Below are positions 47,595-57,434 of a stretch of DNA of 64,000 nt, piece after piece. Each line of letters opens with the position of its first letter. Position 1 is the first letter of the stretch. Origin of the DNA: an archaeon CG10_big_fil_rev_8_21_14_0_10_43_11 (lineage in GTDB: Archaea; Nanobdellota; Nanobdellia; PEZQ01); contig PEZQ01000003.1 of NCBI GenBank assembly GCA_002763265.1, positions 19,761-83,760 of the forward strand, in the 5' to 3' direction. The notes below the pieces were generated by a model, which was not told the origin of the DNA, ran no database searches, and saw nothing but the letters and a program-made list of their open reading frames with translations. The translations under genes and the position numbers were made by a program.

Positions 47595-48000
47595 TCAGGT
47601 CATATCGTGCAAGCGCTTCAACGTGCTGAATGTGAAATTTCTTGAGCCTTCTCCAATAAAACAAGTTAACACGAACCCCTACCTCGCCAAAATAGCGCTT
47701 AAGCTTGTCAGTTAGTTCAACACCCTTTGTGTCATGGTCCATCAAAAGTATCACATCCTTAGTGGTCTTTGAGACGCTCTCGCAAAACAAGCGCAAATCC
47801 CCCTGAATTTTTATTGCAGAAATACCCCGTGCTTCAAGTGCAACTCTATCCTTTCTGCCTTCAACAATAATAGGAAACGGCTCTTGTTTTAGCGCACCAA
47901 CCCATTGTTCGAGCGTGTCAAATAATTCTTTCAACGAAAACCAACCCCTTTTTTTAACCCCTTCCACATGATGCTGATAAGCGTGTGCGGGGTCACCCAC
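47575..48000 (-). CDS. Small Toprim-domain protein.
   Basis: PIIVEGRKDRVALEARGI (conserved Glu) followed by VILLMDHDTKG (DxD). Confidence 0.55.
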   Translation of the reverse strand: MGDPAHAYQHHVEGVKKRGWFSLKELFDTLEQWVGALKQEPFPIIVEGRKDRVALEARGISAIKIQGDLRLFCESVSKTTKDVILLMDHDTKGVELTDKLKRYFGEVGVRVNLFYWRRLKKFHIQHVEALARYDLIKRVNI

Positions 48001-48350
48001 ACGATTTCAAAAAGAAAATTAAAAAAGGTTATTATAAAAATTGCGCCAAGCGTAACGCCCAAGGCAAACAGGAAAAAACCAAAAAGTTTGGAAACAAGCA
48101 GCATAATAATCCAGGTCAAGAAAAGCACGTAATAATCCTGAATGATGTGTTGCAAACACGCAAGACCTGCGCCAACGCGTTTGTGCTTGAGCGCATAAAA
48201 GACGGGGTGGATAAAAGGGTTATGGCGAATCACGCGATGACGCCATTTGAGCGCGCCTTGGGCAGGTGCGTCCATGTGGCGGTGTACATAACTGTAACTC
48301 CTGCCAAGCAGGCGCTTACTCCACTTGCTGTGCACAATTCCTGAAGGCAT
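47931..48350 (-). CDS. Hypothetical membrane protein (uncertain).
   Basis: 139-aa ORF with two TM segments. Its 3' end overlaps the Toprim gene start by about 70 bp. Confidence 0.25.
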   Translation of the reverse strand: MPSGIVHSKWSKRLLGRSYSYVHRHMDAPAQGALKWRHRVIRHNPFIHPVFYALKHKRVGAGLACLQHIIQDYYVLFLTWIIMLLVSKLFGFFLFALGVTLGAIFIITFFNFLFEIVWVTPHTLISIMWKGLKKGVGFR

Positions 48351-48764
48351 TAGTGTATTAGGGCTGTGTTAAACTACATTAGGGTTTTGATTGCGTGACC
48401 ATAAACTATTAAAAACCCCGCATAATAGGTAACGATTGTTATGTGTGAGAGCGAATCTCTTCCCCTTTTTCGAAGCATACAAAACACGTACCATGCAATC
48501 ACGTTGAGTGATAACATTCCAACAAATCCTGGTCACGTAGTAACTCAACTGCCCCAGTACGTGCAGAACATGAATCTAGAAAACCTCGCGTCTCATGTAT
48601 TACGCTATCGGGTCTTGTACTAAGAAACTGATTATTTCAGGTACTGTGCTACTACTTTCTTTGACGTTTTTTGAGCGCGCTTAATCATTGGCTTGAGCAT
48701 TTTTTTCTTATGCAAATAGAGCAGTATCCCTCCTCCAACAGTAAGCACGCCAATATGGGTTTAG

Positions 48765-49004
48765 GGGGGGCATAATGTCCCGATAATAAAAAATCACAAA
48801 GGAATAAGAAAACTAACTCCAAGAGAATGTTTTTTATTGCAAGGCTTCCCTAAAAACTTTAAATTACCTAAAAATCTCGCAGATAGTAAATTATATCATC
48901 AAGCAGGTAATAGTGTTGTTGTTTCTGTAATTCAAAGAATAGCTGAAAATATGAAAATTGTTTTAGAAGGTGGACGGATTAATCCACAAAAAAGTTTAAC
49001 TTAA
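48765..49004 (+). pseudogene. Truncated C-terminal remnant of a C5 cytosine DNA methyltransferase, in an AT-rich and probably foreign patch.
   Basis: The translation ...KGIRKLTPRECFLLQGFPKNFKLPKNLADSKLYHQAGNSVVVSVIQRIAENM corresponds to motifs IX and X of Dcm-type methyltransferases. The frame opens right after a stop and has no start. Local GC is about 28%, against about 43% for the window. Confidence 0.6.
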
Positions 49005-49090
49005 TTTTTTAGATGATTAAGTCCCTTTAACTTAACAATGTACACTCTCCACAACATTTAAAAAAGCAAGAAGAATAGCTTGCTCGCACA

Positions 49091-50083
49091 ATGCACACGC
49101 AGTTACACATATTAGCGGGCTTGCAAGCTCAGTCAGGCTTGTTTTTGGCATCACACCACCACGTGAACACGGGGTATAATAAGGCCTGGATTCGAGATAC
49201 TGTTTATGCTACTCTTGCATTTGAACAATGTTCTCCTGAGCGCGTGCAAAAAGCCTATCACGCCTTGTTTGATGTGTTTTTAAAACATGAATACAAAATT
49301 GATTTTGCTATTCTTGACAAGCCGGAATACTCGTGGCAATACATTCATGCACGATACCATCCAGACACGTTTGACGAATTTCATGAGGAATGGGGCAACA
49401 AACAAAACGATGCAATTGGCGCCTTTCTCTTTAAAGTGGGCGAATTAGAGAAAAAAGGTCTCAAAATTATTCGCGCAAAACATGATGAGCGCATCTTACA
49501 AAAACTCGTATATTACTTGCAGAGCATAAAATACTGGCAGGACGCCGATAATGGCATGTGGGAAGAATATGAAGAAGTCCACGCATCCTCTATTGGCGCG
49601 TGTCTTGCAGGACTTGAAATGATAAAAGACCTAGTGCACGTTCCAGAACATTTACTCACTCAAGGAAGAAAAGCACTTGATATGCTTTTGCCAAGAGAGT
49701 CAGCAAGTAAGCAAACAGACCTTGCTCTCTTGAGCCTTATCTACCCGTACACTATTGTTTCAGAAAAACAAGCGCAAGCAATTCTTGACAATGTTGAGAA
49801 CCACTTAGTACGGGACAATGGCGTTATCCGCTATGTTGGCGACCAATACTATAATACGGGTTCTGAAGCAGAGTGGCATTTTGGCTTGTCATGGCTTGCG
49901 CTTATTTACGCACAGCGCGGTAACACGCAAAAAGCACAGCACTATTTTGCGCGCGCAAAACAAACACTCAAAGAAGACAGCGCGCCCGAACTCTACCTTT
50001 CAAACGGGCAGCCAAATGAGAACACTCCGCTTGCATGGAGCCAAAGCATGTTTCTTACCGCCTTTGACTATAGCGCGGGTTGA
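49091..50083 (+). CDS. GH15 (glucoamylase or glucodextranase-like) catalytic (alpha/alpha)6 domain protein.
   Basis: AWIRDTVYA, the general-acid motif NGMWEE and IRYVGDQYY are typical of GH15. Confidence 0.6.
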   Translation: MHTQLHILAGLQAQSGLFLASHHHVNTGYNKAWIRDTVYATLAFEQCSPERVQKAYHALFDVFLKHEYKIDFAILDKPEYSWQYIHARYHPDTFDEFHEEWGNKQNDAIGAFLFKVGELEKKGLKIIRAKHDERILQKLVYYLQSIKYWQDADNGMWEEYEEVHASSIGACLAGLEMIKDLVHVPEHLLTQGRKALDMLLPRESASKQTDLALLSLIYPYTIVSEKQAQAILDNVENHLVRDNGVIRYVGDQYYNTGSEAEWHFGLSWLALIYAQRGNTQKAQHYFARAKQTLKEDSAPELYLSNGQPNENTPLAWSQSMFLTAFDYSAG

Positions 50084-50172
50084 TGCTTTCTTTTATTCTT
50101 CAAGAAATGAAGTGGTCATACTACATATTTTTGTGCAAAAACATTTTTTAACACAATTTAGATTCTAAAAAA

Positions 50173-50928
50173 TTGATGATTGCACTTGCTCACGCGTTGT
50201 TTGGTGCTGTGTTCGCATTACTGTTTCGTCTCAACCCGTTTATTGTTATTTTGTTTTCGCTCGTGCCAGACGCAGAATTTATCCTGCCAACGTTTCATCG
50301 CGGACCATTACATACCTTGCTCTTTTTGGTTGTGGCAAGTCTTGGCGCGTACGCGTACGATAAGGATGCGGGAAAAGCCGTGTTTGCAGGCATTGCAAGC
50401 CATTTCATGCTTGACTCGCTTACGGTCATGGGCGTGCCGTTACTCTACCCGTTTGTGAACTCGTACTTTAGCCTGCACTTTTTTAACACAAACCAGCTGA
50501 GCATGCTTACTATCATAGTGTGCGTGGTTGTGCTTTTTCACAACAAAAAAGTGTCTCACGCCAAGGCGCCTAAATTATTCTTTGTTCTCCCCTTGCTTGT
50601 GCTTGTGCCTCTTCTTGGAAGCACGCAGCCTATTTTTGAACAATCATGTCCTGCAGAGCTCACGCCGATTAGCGAGGTAACCCTGTACGCAGGAGAACCG
50701 GTTCTTGTTGAAGGAGTGATTTGCTCTGAAATTAAAGACTACACCTCAAATTCGGGGAATGCGTATCAGGATTTTCAACTCTGCAATCAAAGCGAGGTGC
50801 GCGTGTTCAAACAAAAAAACGTACACCAAAACGTGCTTGCACGCGGGGATGCCGTGCGTGTGTGCGGCTATTACACAACTGACTATGGTGGTGAATTGTA
50901 CCACATAAAATTTGTCAAAAAAAATTAG
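50173..50928 (+). CDS. Membrane-bound metal-dependent hydrolase-like protein (YdjM/DUF457-like) with a C-terminal soluble domain.
   Basis: An N-terminal HALFGAV...HRGPLHTLLF...SHFMLDSLTVMGVPLLYPF pattern. Confidence 0.5.
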   Translation: MMIALAHALFGAVFALLFRLNPFIVILFSLVPDAEFILPTFHRGPLHTLLFLVVASLGAYAYDKDAGKAVFAGIASHFMLDSLTVMGVPLLYPFVNSYFSLHFFNTNQLSMLTIIVCVVVLFHNKKVSHAKAPKLFFVLPLLVLVPLLGSTQPIFEQSCPAELTPISEVTLYAGEPVLVEGVICSEIKDYTSNSGNAYQDFQLCNQSEVRVFKQKNVHQNVLARGDAVRVCGYYTTDYGGELYHIKFVKKN

Positions 50929-53006
50929 ATACTGCTCAAAGCGTTTTTAAGTCGCTTGACTTTTTCTTCTTGCGCTTCCTTTTCTTTTTCTAAGCTTTCA
51001 GCTTCATCCTTGTAAATGCGCGCTTTTGTCTCTTCTTTTTTGAGCATAGCATGTATTTCTTTAAGCTCTTTTTTCGTGTTCTCAAGCTCGTCTTTGAGTG
51101 CTGAACGTCGCGCGTTTTCTTCATCAAATGATTTTTTTAGCAACCCATAATCTGTGTGTGCTTTTTCAAGATGCGTTTTTGTCTCATCAAGAAGCGCGTT
51201 AAGTGATGCGTGCGCTTTTTTGCTTGCATTATCTTCTTTTTCTAAACGCGCCTTTGCGGTTTCAAGAGAAATAACCTCTTTGTCAAGCTGTAATTGCTCA
51301 TCGCTAAGCTTTTTGATTTGTTTCTCGTTTTTCACCCGCTCTTTTGCGTATGCTGCAACATTCCTGTTAAGCTCAGTTTTTATTTTTCTAAGACGTTCTA
51401 TATCTTTTCGTGCAAAACCTAACTTCTTTGTCTGATTTGCATTTTCTTTTATAAGCGCAACGCGTTTTGCTGTCTGCTCTTTTTCACGGTCTTTTACGCG
51501 CGCCCTAAACGCGTCAAACTCATCTTTGAGCGCGTTAAGTGCAGTGGTTGTTTGCTTGATTGTTTCTTCTGCTGTTGCTATCTCTTCAACACGCGTTGCA
51601 TATTGTTTTTGTAAGGTTTCATACACTGCTTGCATGTTTGCAAGCTTGGTTGCATGCTCTTCTTTTGTGGCTTTGGCATTTTTGATTTGCTCGTCAAGCT
51701 TTGCTTCAAGCGCCTGCATGTTTGTGCTATGCGCGCGGTGTTGTTTTTCAATAGTGCGTGAAAAAGTTTCGCGCTCTTTTTCTCGCAGTGCACTAAGCGT
51801 ATCAAGGTTCTTTTGAAGCGCGCTTACGGTTTTTTCATGCGCATTCTTTTTTGCGTCAAACTCTTTTTTGCTTGCCGCAAGTTCTCCTGCGAGTTCTTTT
51901 TTCTTTTCTCGCGCGCGCTGCGCCTTTTCCTTCCATGACGCGAGCTGTGAGGTAAGCTGCTTTGTTTGTGATTCTAATGTTTGAGTGAGCGTATCAACTT
52001 GTTCGTGATATGAATCGAGCTCTTGCTTTTGATCTTTGATGAGTTCACGTGCTTCTTTGAGTCCTGCTTCAGCAACACTCTTTTTTTCAATAATTGTAGC
52101 TTTACTCTCTTTAAGTGCTTCAACACGATGCATAAGCGTAGTTACATTCTTTTCAAGTGCTTCACCCTTTTGGGTTTGCGCTTCAAGATTTTCGGTGAGC
52201 TGCGCAATAAGCTCTTCTTTTTTGGTTTTTACTGCATCTAATTGTTTGAGCCGCTCATGCAATGTTTCAATCCGCTCTTTTTCGCGCTCCAGATTCGCTG
52301 CGTTAATCTTGAGTTTTTGTTGTGCATCTTCTTCTTGTTTTGAAACTGTTTTGAGCTTGTCTTGTAGTGTTTGAATGCTGTTTCTTTTTTCTTCACGCAA
52401 TTCAGAAACGCGCATTTCGAGTTTTGCGCGCAAAGCACTAAACTCGTTTTTGATTTTGTGCTCTTCTGATTCAAAGCTTTCTTTTTGCTTTGCTAACTTT
52501 CCTTCAAGCATGCTAATAGCGGCGTTCAATTCTTTTTCCATATGAGCGTGCTCTTTTGCAAGCAACTCGTAACGCTTGATGAGTTCATCTTCTTGCATGC
52601 GCGCAATCTCTGCGTTTAGTTCATGTTCGCGAAGCATAAAATCTTCTTTAGCGTCATGCATCATACGTTTGCTAAGCACTTCTTTTCGCGCGTAAAAGGC
52701 TTCTAACTGGGCAACGTATTGGGTAAGTGATTCTTTGTTTTTTGGTTTAATAATAAAATAATACCAGTCATGACCACATTCAGGACAATGCATCACAACT
52801 TTGAGCGATTCTTTTGTTTCAGGAAGTGCTTTTACGCTACCTACAACTTCTTTATGTTCATACTCATCACACACCGGGCATTCATTGTCATCTCTAATGC
52901 GTTCTTTTAGTTCTTTTTTGAGCTTTGCTCGCTCACGTGTAATCATTCCTTCTAGAGAAGACATCCCCATAGATATATTGTAATGGAAGTTATAATTTTT
53001 AAACAA
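50925..53006 (-). CDS. Long coiled-coil protein with an N-terminal zinc ribbon.
   Basis: N-terminal CPVCDEY...CPECGHDWYY followed by about 600 aa of uninterrupted heptad-rich sequence rich in K, E, L, A and Q. No TM segments or ATPase motifs. Confidence 0.5.
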   Translation of the reverse strand: MFKNYNFHYNISMGMSSLEGMITRERAKLKKELKERIRDDNECPVCDEYEHKEVVGSVKALPETKESLKVVMHCPECGHDWYYFIIKPKNKESLTQYVAQLEAFYARKEVLSKRMMHDAKEDFMLREHELNAEIARMQEDELIKRYELLAKEHAHMEKELNAAISMLEGKLAKQKESFESEEHKIKNEFSALRAKLEMRVSELREEKRNSIQTLQDKLKTVSKQEEDAQQKLKINAANLEREKERIETLHERLKQLDAVKTKKEELIAQLTENLEAQTQKGEALEKNVTTLMHRVEALKESKATIIEKKSVAEAGLKEARELIKDQKQELDSYHEQVDTLTQTLESQTKQLTSQLASWKEKAQRAREKKKELAGELAASKKEFDAKKNAHEKTVSALQKNLDTLSALREKERETFSRTIEKQHRAHSTNMQALEAKLDEQIKNAKATKEEHATKLANMQAVYETLQKQYATRVEEIATAEETIKQTTTALNALKDEFDAFRARVKDREKEQTAKRVALIKENANQTKKLGFARKDIERLRKIKTELNRNVAAYAKERVKNEKQIKKLSDEQLQLDKEVISLETAKARLEKEDNASKKAHASLNALLDETKTHLEKAHTDYGLLKKSFDEENARRSALKDELENTKKELKEIHAMLKKEETKARIYKDEAESLEKEKEAQEEKVKRLKNALSSI

Positions 53007-53309
53007 TATGTTTTAGTAGCTACTTTTCCTGCAAGACTTATAAACATGCACGCGTTTTCTTTGTGATTATGGTCAATGATGAGTTTGTTCCCTTACGAAA
53101 AGCAGCCCTTGACAATGCGGTGACCCTTGCTGCAAGTTTTGCACGCCAGGGCGAGTATGATGCGCTTATGGATTCAACACGCCTTGCCACGTTTGGAGAA
53201 GCAATGGTGCTTCCTCTTGCTGATGTGTTTTATGCGTGGCTTGTTAAAGAACATGTGTAACGCGTTGAATAAAATTTAATAAGGGCAACTGGAACGAGTA
53301 GATACTACT

Positions 53310-53954
53310 ATGTTTTGTCACGATCCAGTTCCGTTTATTTATTATCAACGCCTATCTACTGCAGAACAATACAAAAATCACGAACTGCTTGGCTCTGACC
53401 AACTGTTTACCTTGTTTGGCGGTGTGCGCTATAACCCCTCTCTTGATTTTACTGATGAAATACATGAGAGTCTTGGTGGGGTATTGCGCGAGATTGCAAA
53501 CATGTTTGAACAAGCATACGACATCAGTACTCTGGTGAGCACACGCCATAGTGTGGATGTTGAGCTTAGTTCGCTTAATAAACTGCTTGACAAAAAATCT
53601 CAGGATTACTCAATGTGGGCGGGCGTGCATGAGCGCCACATCCGTCAAACACTCTTTAAAAAGCTTTATGAGATTAATATACATCAAGCATTGCTTGCAA
53701 AAGATAAAAAAACAGACCCTATTTCTAATTTTGTTGCTAAAACACCAAGAACACGCCACGTATATTATCAACAGCTTCTTGCAGAATCCTTTAACGCCCG
53801 AGGCGTTCGCAGTCTTATTGACACGCTCCAACGCGTGCTCTTGTCATTTTCAAGCGGAGAAGCGACTGTTTCAACCGTGCTGTTAACCGAAGAACATCCA
53901 GAAAAAATCTTCTCACATGCGCACGTAAAAATGTATTCCGGGGAGTATTGTTAA
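53310..53954 (+). CDS. Hypothetical protein.
   Basis: 214-aa ORF. No family recognised. Confidence 0.35.
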   Translation: MFCHDPVPFIYYQRLSTAEQYKNHELLGSDQLFTLFGGVRYNPSLDFTDEIHESLGGVLREIANMFEQAYDISTLVSTRHSVDVELSSLNKLLDKKSQDYSMWAGVHERHIRQTLFKKLYEINIHQALLAKDKKTDPISNFVAKTPRTRHVYYQQLLAESFNARGVRSLIDTLQRVLLSFSSGEATVSTVLLTEEHPEKIFSHAHVKMYSGEYC

Positions 53955-54006
53955 GTGCGTAACGCAAACGTTTTTTTAATCAATATGCGTATAGTCTAAA
54001 CATACT

Positions 54007-54714
54007 ATGAGAGAGTTCAAGCTGTCAAAGCTCACGTTTACTATTACTGAGCTTCGAGACATTGCAATAAGCGTGTTCGTGCTTGGGCTCTTATTCTCGT
54101 TTGGCGTGAACAAAGAAACGTGGAACGAGCTTATTCTCTACTATCTTGGGGCAACCTTCGTGCTTGGCGTCTCATTTGTGCTCCACGAGCTTGGCCATAA
54201 ATTTGTCGCTCAATCATATGGTGCGCACGCAAATTACACGCTTTGGTGGTCTGGACTTCTTATTTCCCTGCTCGTTGGTGTAGCAAGCGGCGGCCGGCTC
54301 ATATTTTTTGCACCAGGATTTGTTCTTATCTCATCTTCACTTGCATCGCGCTTTGGTTTTGGTCAAACCTTTCTTCGCGAAGAAGAAGTTGGAAAAATAT
54401 CTGTTGCAGGACCCCTTACTAACATCATCCTGCTTTTCTTGTTCAAACTGTTTTCACCCGTCCTTCCCTTTGAACTATGGACGCAAATGGTTATTCTTAA
54501 TGCGTGGCTCGCGCTCTTCAACCTCATACCCGTGCCTCCGCTTGACGGTTCGAAAGTATTTGTGTGGCGACGTGACATCTGGTTTGCGCTTGCAACAATC
54601 AGCCTTGTCTCGCTCTTTTTTGCCATACCGGTCTCGCTTGTGGTATTCATCTCATTTACTATTGCGATACTTGTTGCAGGAGCCATCTTCTTGTCGCATT
54701 ATGGCATATTATAA
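54007..54714 (+). CDS. M50/site-2-protease-family membrane metalloprotease.
   Basis: HELGHKF (HExxH) and NLIPVPPLDGSKV (LDG motif). Confidence 0.65.
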   Translation: MREFKLSKLTFTITELRDIAISVFVLGLLFSFGVNKETWNELILYYLGATFVLGVSFVLHELGHKFVAQSYGAHANYTLWWSGLLISLLVGVASGGRLIFFAPGFVLISSSLASRFGFGQTFLREEEVGKISVAGPLTNIILLFLFKLFSPVLPFELWTQMVILNAWLALFNLIPVPPLDGSKVFVWRRDIWFALATISLVSLFFAIPVSLVVFISFTIAILVAGAIFLSHYGIL

Positions 54715-54781
54715 ACAACAAATTTTAAATAAGCCCAGATGGTGATTAACCTTTAGTTTTTCAAGAGGGGGATTATATACA

Positions 54782-55042
54782 ATGGAAAAAAAGAGACAAA
54801 CATCACGAGACTTGCAGGGGAAAATGATTGTAACAAAGTCAGGCAAGACACTTGGTCGCGTTGGCGATATGATTTTTGAAGTCAGAACAGGAGAACTTCT
54901 TAGCATGGTTATTAATGGACCAACAAGTTATGCATCATCAATTGACTTAGAAATCGATGAAAATGGCCGCCAAATGGTGCCTATCTCAAGCATCATTGCC
55001 GTAGAAGACTTTGTGGTCATCAACGAAGAAGACATCATCTAA
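54782..55042 (+). CDS. PRC-barrel domain protein.
   Basis: MIVTKSGKTLGRVGDMIFEV...VPISSIIAVEDFVVI matches the PRC barrel pattern. Confidence 0.5.
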   Translation: MEKKRQTSRDLQGKMIVTKSGKTLGRVGDMIFEVRTGELLSMVINGPTSYASSIDLEIDENGRQMVPISSIIAVEDFVVINEEDII

Positions 55043-55104
55043 TTTTTCTTTACCCAAACATACGCGTTATCACAACGCGAACCATTTTTTATGCAACAAC
55101 AAGC

Positions 55105-55416
55105 TTATACTTTGCTTAGCCTGCGAGAAATGTATGCAGCATACATGCCAACGCCTGCACCAAAGATTAAACCAAGAAACGCACCCACATGCCAAATATC
55201 AAGCGCGTAGGAAAACGGGATAAGATGATTGATGCCCATTGCCGCAGAGCTTACTGCCATGCTCACAAGAAACACCGCAAGACCTATTGCAATGTTTCGA
55301 ACTGAACTTGGTGAAAAATTGCGCAACGCCAATAGTACAAGCGGGATGCTTACAGAACTTCCAAGAATCGTAAGCATTGAACTCACCTGAATTGCAAATG
55401 TGTTAATATCGACCAT
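55105..55416 (-). CDS. Small membrane protein.
   Basis: 103 aa, three hydrophobic helices. Confidence 0.3.
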   Translation of the reverse strand: MVDINTFAIQVSSMLTILGSSVSIPLVLLALRNFSPSSVRNIAIGLAVFLVSMAVSSAAMGINHLIPFSYALDIWHVGAFLGLIFGAGVGMYAAYISRRLSKV

Positions 55417-55425
55417 GGTACTATT

Positions 55426-55770
55426 TCACTCCTTAAATCCTATCTCTTCTGAGAGGCGTTTTAGTTCTCGGGCGGGAAAAATGAACAAAATCATACCTGC
55501 CATAAGAAACAAATGACTAATTGTAAATGTCAATGCTTGCGACATCATTGCCCTGCCAATCACAAAGGATGTGTGCAACACAACACCAATGCCAATAAGC
55601 ACGACACTAAGCATGAGCGGGGCAAACACGTTTTGCAACTCTTTAACGCTAATCTGCCATGCATAAAGCAAACTTGCAACCATAATACCTCCTGCAAGCG
55701 CATAAAGGCCAACCCACAAATTATTAATTGCAATTATTGCAGCATAGGCCATGATATGTTTTCCTCCCAC
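55426..55770 (-). CDS. Small membrane protein.
   Basis: 114 aa, three hydrophobic helices. It is adjacent to the previous small membrane ORF on the same strand. Confidence 0.3.
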   Translation of the reverse strand: MGGKHIMAYAAIIAINNLWVGLYALAGGIMVASLLYAWQISVKELQNVFAPLMLSVVLIGIGVVLHTSFVIGRAMMSQALTFTISHLFLMAGMILFIFPARELKRLSEEIGFKE

Positions 55771-55887
55771 TAGACACGGGTCAAAACAATAATATAAACC
55801 ATGTGGTTTTTATCTAAAACCTATTCAAAACTAATGTGAAACGTATAACTTAGATACATTCTCCCCTCTTGTGTCCGTATCAACGGG

Positions 55888-56052
55888 TTAGTCCTCTTCA
55901 AGCTCTTCTAGACGTGAAGCATCGGCAAACTCAGCGCAGTTATCACAGAGCAGACGGATGCTGTTACCATACCCGTCAGCAAAGAGAATGCCGCACGCGC
56001 CGCACTCAAAGAGTTCATCCGTTTCAATGCCGGAAATTCCACAAACTGCCAT
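55888..56052 (-). CDS. Small zinc-ribbon protein (54 aa).
   Basis: The reverse-complement translation is MAVCGISGIETDELFECGACGILFADGYGNSIRLLCDNCAEFADASRLEELEED. It is divergent from srp54 and absent from the track because it is under 60 aa. Confidence 0.35.
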   Translation of the reverse strand: MAVCGISGIETDELFECGACGILFADGYGNSIRLLCDNCAEFADASRLEELEED

Positions 56053-56096
56053 TAGTCTGATTTGAGGGAAACATTTAATATTTAAACTTTACTAGT

Positions 56097-57434
56097 TTGA
56101 AACCACACATGTTAGGAGATTTGTCATCAAGCCTTAAAGACACACTTAAAAAAATAGCTACGCTTGACTTTCTTTCTGACAAAGAATTAAACGAGATTAT
56201 TCGCGAACTACAGCGCGCCCTTTTGCGCGCAGATGTTTCATTTGAGGTAGTTACTCAACTGTCTCAAACCATCCGCACAAAACTCAGCAAAGATGCCACA
56301 TCACTTACTAAAAAACAACGCCTTATCACGCTTATTTACGACGAGATTGTCTCATTTATGGGACAAGGCGAGCAGGAGGTCAATGTTACAAAAAAGCCCT
56401 ATAAAATAATGCTCATTGGACTATTTGGCTCAGGAAAAACAACAACAGCAGGCAAACTCTCTAAAATCTTCAAATCAAAAGGGTACCGCGTTGCTGCAGT
56501 ATCACTTGACAACTACCGCCCAGCAGCATACGAACAACTCGCACAACTCTCAAAACAGATAAACGTTGACTGTTATGGCACAAAAAACGCAAAAAAACAA
56601 CTCGCGCCCTGGAAAGATAATGAAAAAGCAATTCTCAACCATGACGTGGTAATTATAGACACTGCAGGACGAGACTCGCTGCATAAAGACTTTCTTGTTG
56701 AACTTGAGGAACTCTCTAAAAAAATCAAACCCGACCAAGTCTTTCTCACTATTCCTGCAGAACTCGGACAAGCAGCAAGCGAGCTTACAAAAAACTTCAT
56801 GAACGCAATACCCATTACTGGAATTATTATTACCAAGCTTGACACAAGCGCAAAAGGCGGTGGCGCGCTCACGTCCTCGTACCTTACCAAAACGCCGGTT
56901 GTCTACATTACTGTTGGCGAAAGTGTTACTGATATTGAAGCGTTCAAACCAAAACGGTTTGTCTCACGCCTTCTTGGCATGGGCGACATTGAAACCCTGC
57001 TTGAAAAAGTCCAAGAAGAACTGGGCACTGATGATGCTAAAGACTTAAGCAAGAAAATACTGAGCGGAAAATCAAACTTCCTTGACTTTTATGAACAAAT
57101 CCAGTCTATTAATAAAATGGGCGGATTTTCAAAAATCATGAGCATGATGCCCTCACTTCCCGGTCTTAGTATGGACAATGCCATGTTTAGCGCGTCAAAA
57201 GACAAACTTTCAGAGTTTCGCATTATCCTCCAATCCATGACGCGCGAAGAACTTGAAAACCCCCGCCTAATTAACTCCTCACGCATCAAGCGCATAGCGC
57301 GCGGCTGCGGGCGCGATGAAAAAGATGTGCGCGAACTCATCAAAAACCATGCGCGCATGAATAAATTTAGCAAAAAACTCAATACCCGACAACTCCAACG
57401 CATGATGAAACAATTTGGCGGCGGTGCGCTATGA
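56097..57434 (+). CDS. srp54: Signal recognition particle protein SRP54.
   Basis: An N domain, a G domain (GLFGSGKTTTAGK, DTAGR, TKLD) and a Met-rich M domain. Confidence 0.92.
   Translation: MKPHMLGDLSSSLKDTLKKIATLDFLSDKELNEIIRELQRALLRADVSFEVVTQLSQTIRTKLSKDATSLTKKQRLITLIYDEIVSFMGQGEQEVNVTKKPYKIMLIGLFGSGKTTTAGKLSKIFKSKGYRVAAVSLDNYRPAAYEQLAQLSKQINVDCYGTKNAKKQLAPWKDNEKAILNHDVVIIDTAGRDSLHKDFLVELEELSKKIKPDQVFLTIPAELGQAASELTKNFMNAIPITGIIITKLDTSAKGGGALTSSYLTKTPVVYITVGESVTDIEAFKPKRFVSRLLGMGDIETLLEKVQEELGTDDAKDLSKKILSGKSNFLDFYEQIQSINKMGGFSKIMSMMPSLPGLSMDNAMFSASKDKLSEFRIILQSMTREELENPRLINSSRIKRIARGCGRDEKDVRELIKNHARMNKFSKKLNTRQLQRMMKQFGGGAL

Noticed and set aside
48441-48623. 60-aa plus-strand ORF next to the methyltransferase remnant.
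   Set aside because: It has no recognisable features and sits in a probable deletion scar, so it is likely non-coding.
51154-52374. Multiple plus-strand ORFs of 72-112 aa inside the coiled-coil gene.
   Set aside because: The low-complexity repetitive sequence of the minus-strand gene produces open frames on the opposite strand. Their Cys/Ser/Phe-rich composition looks non-biological.
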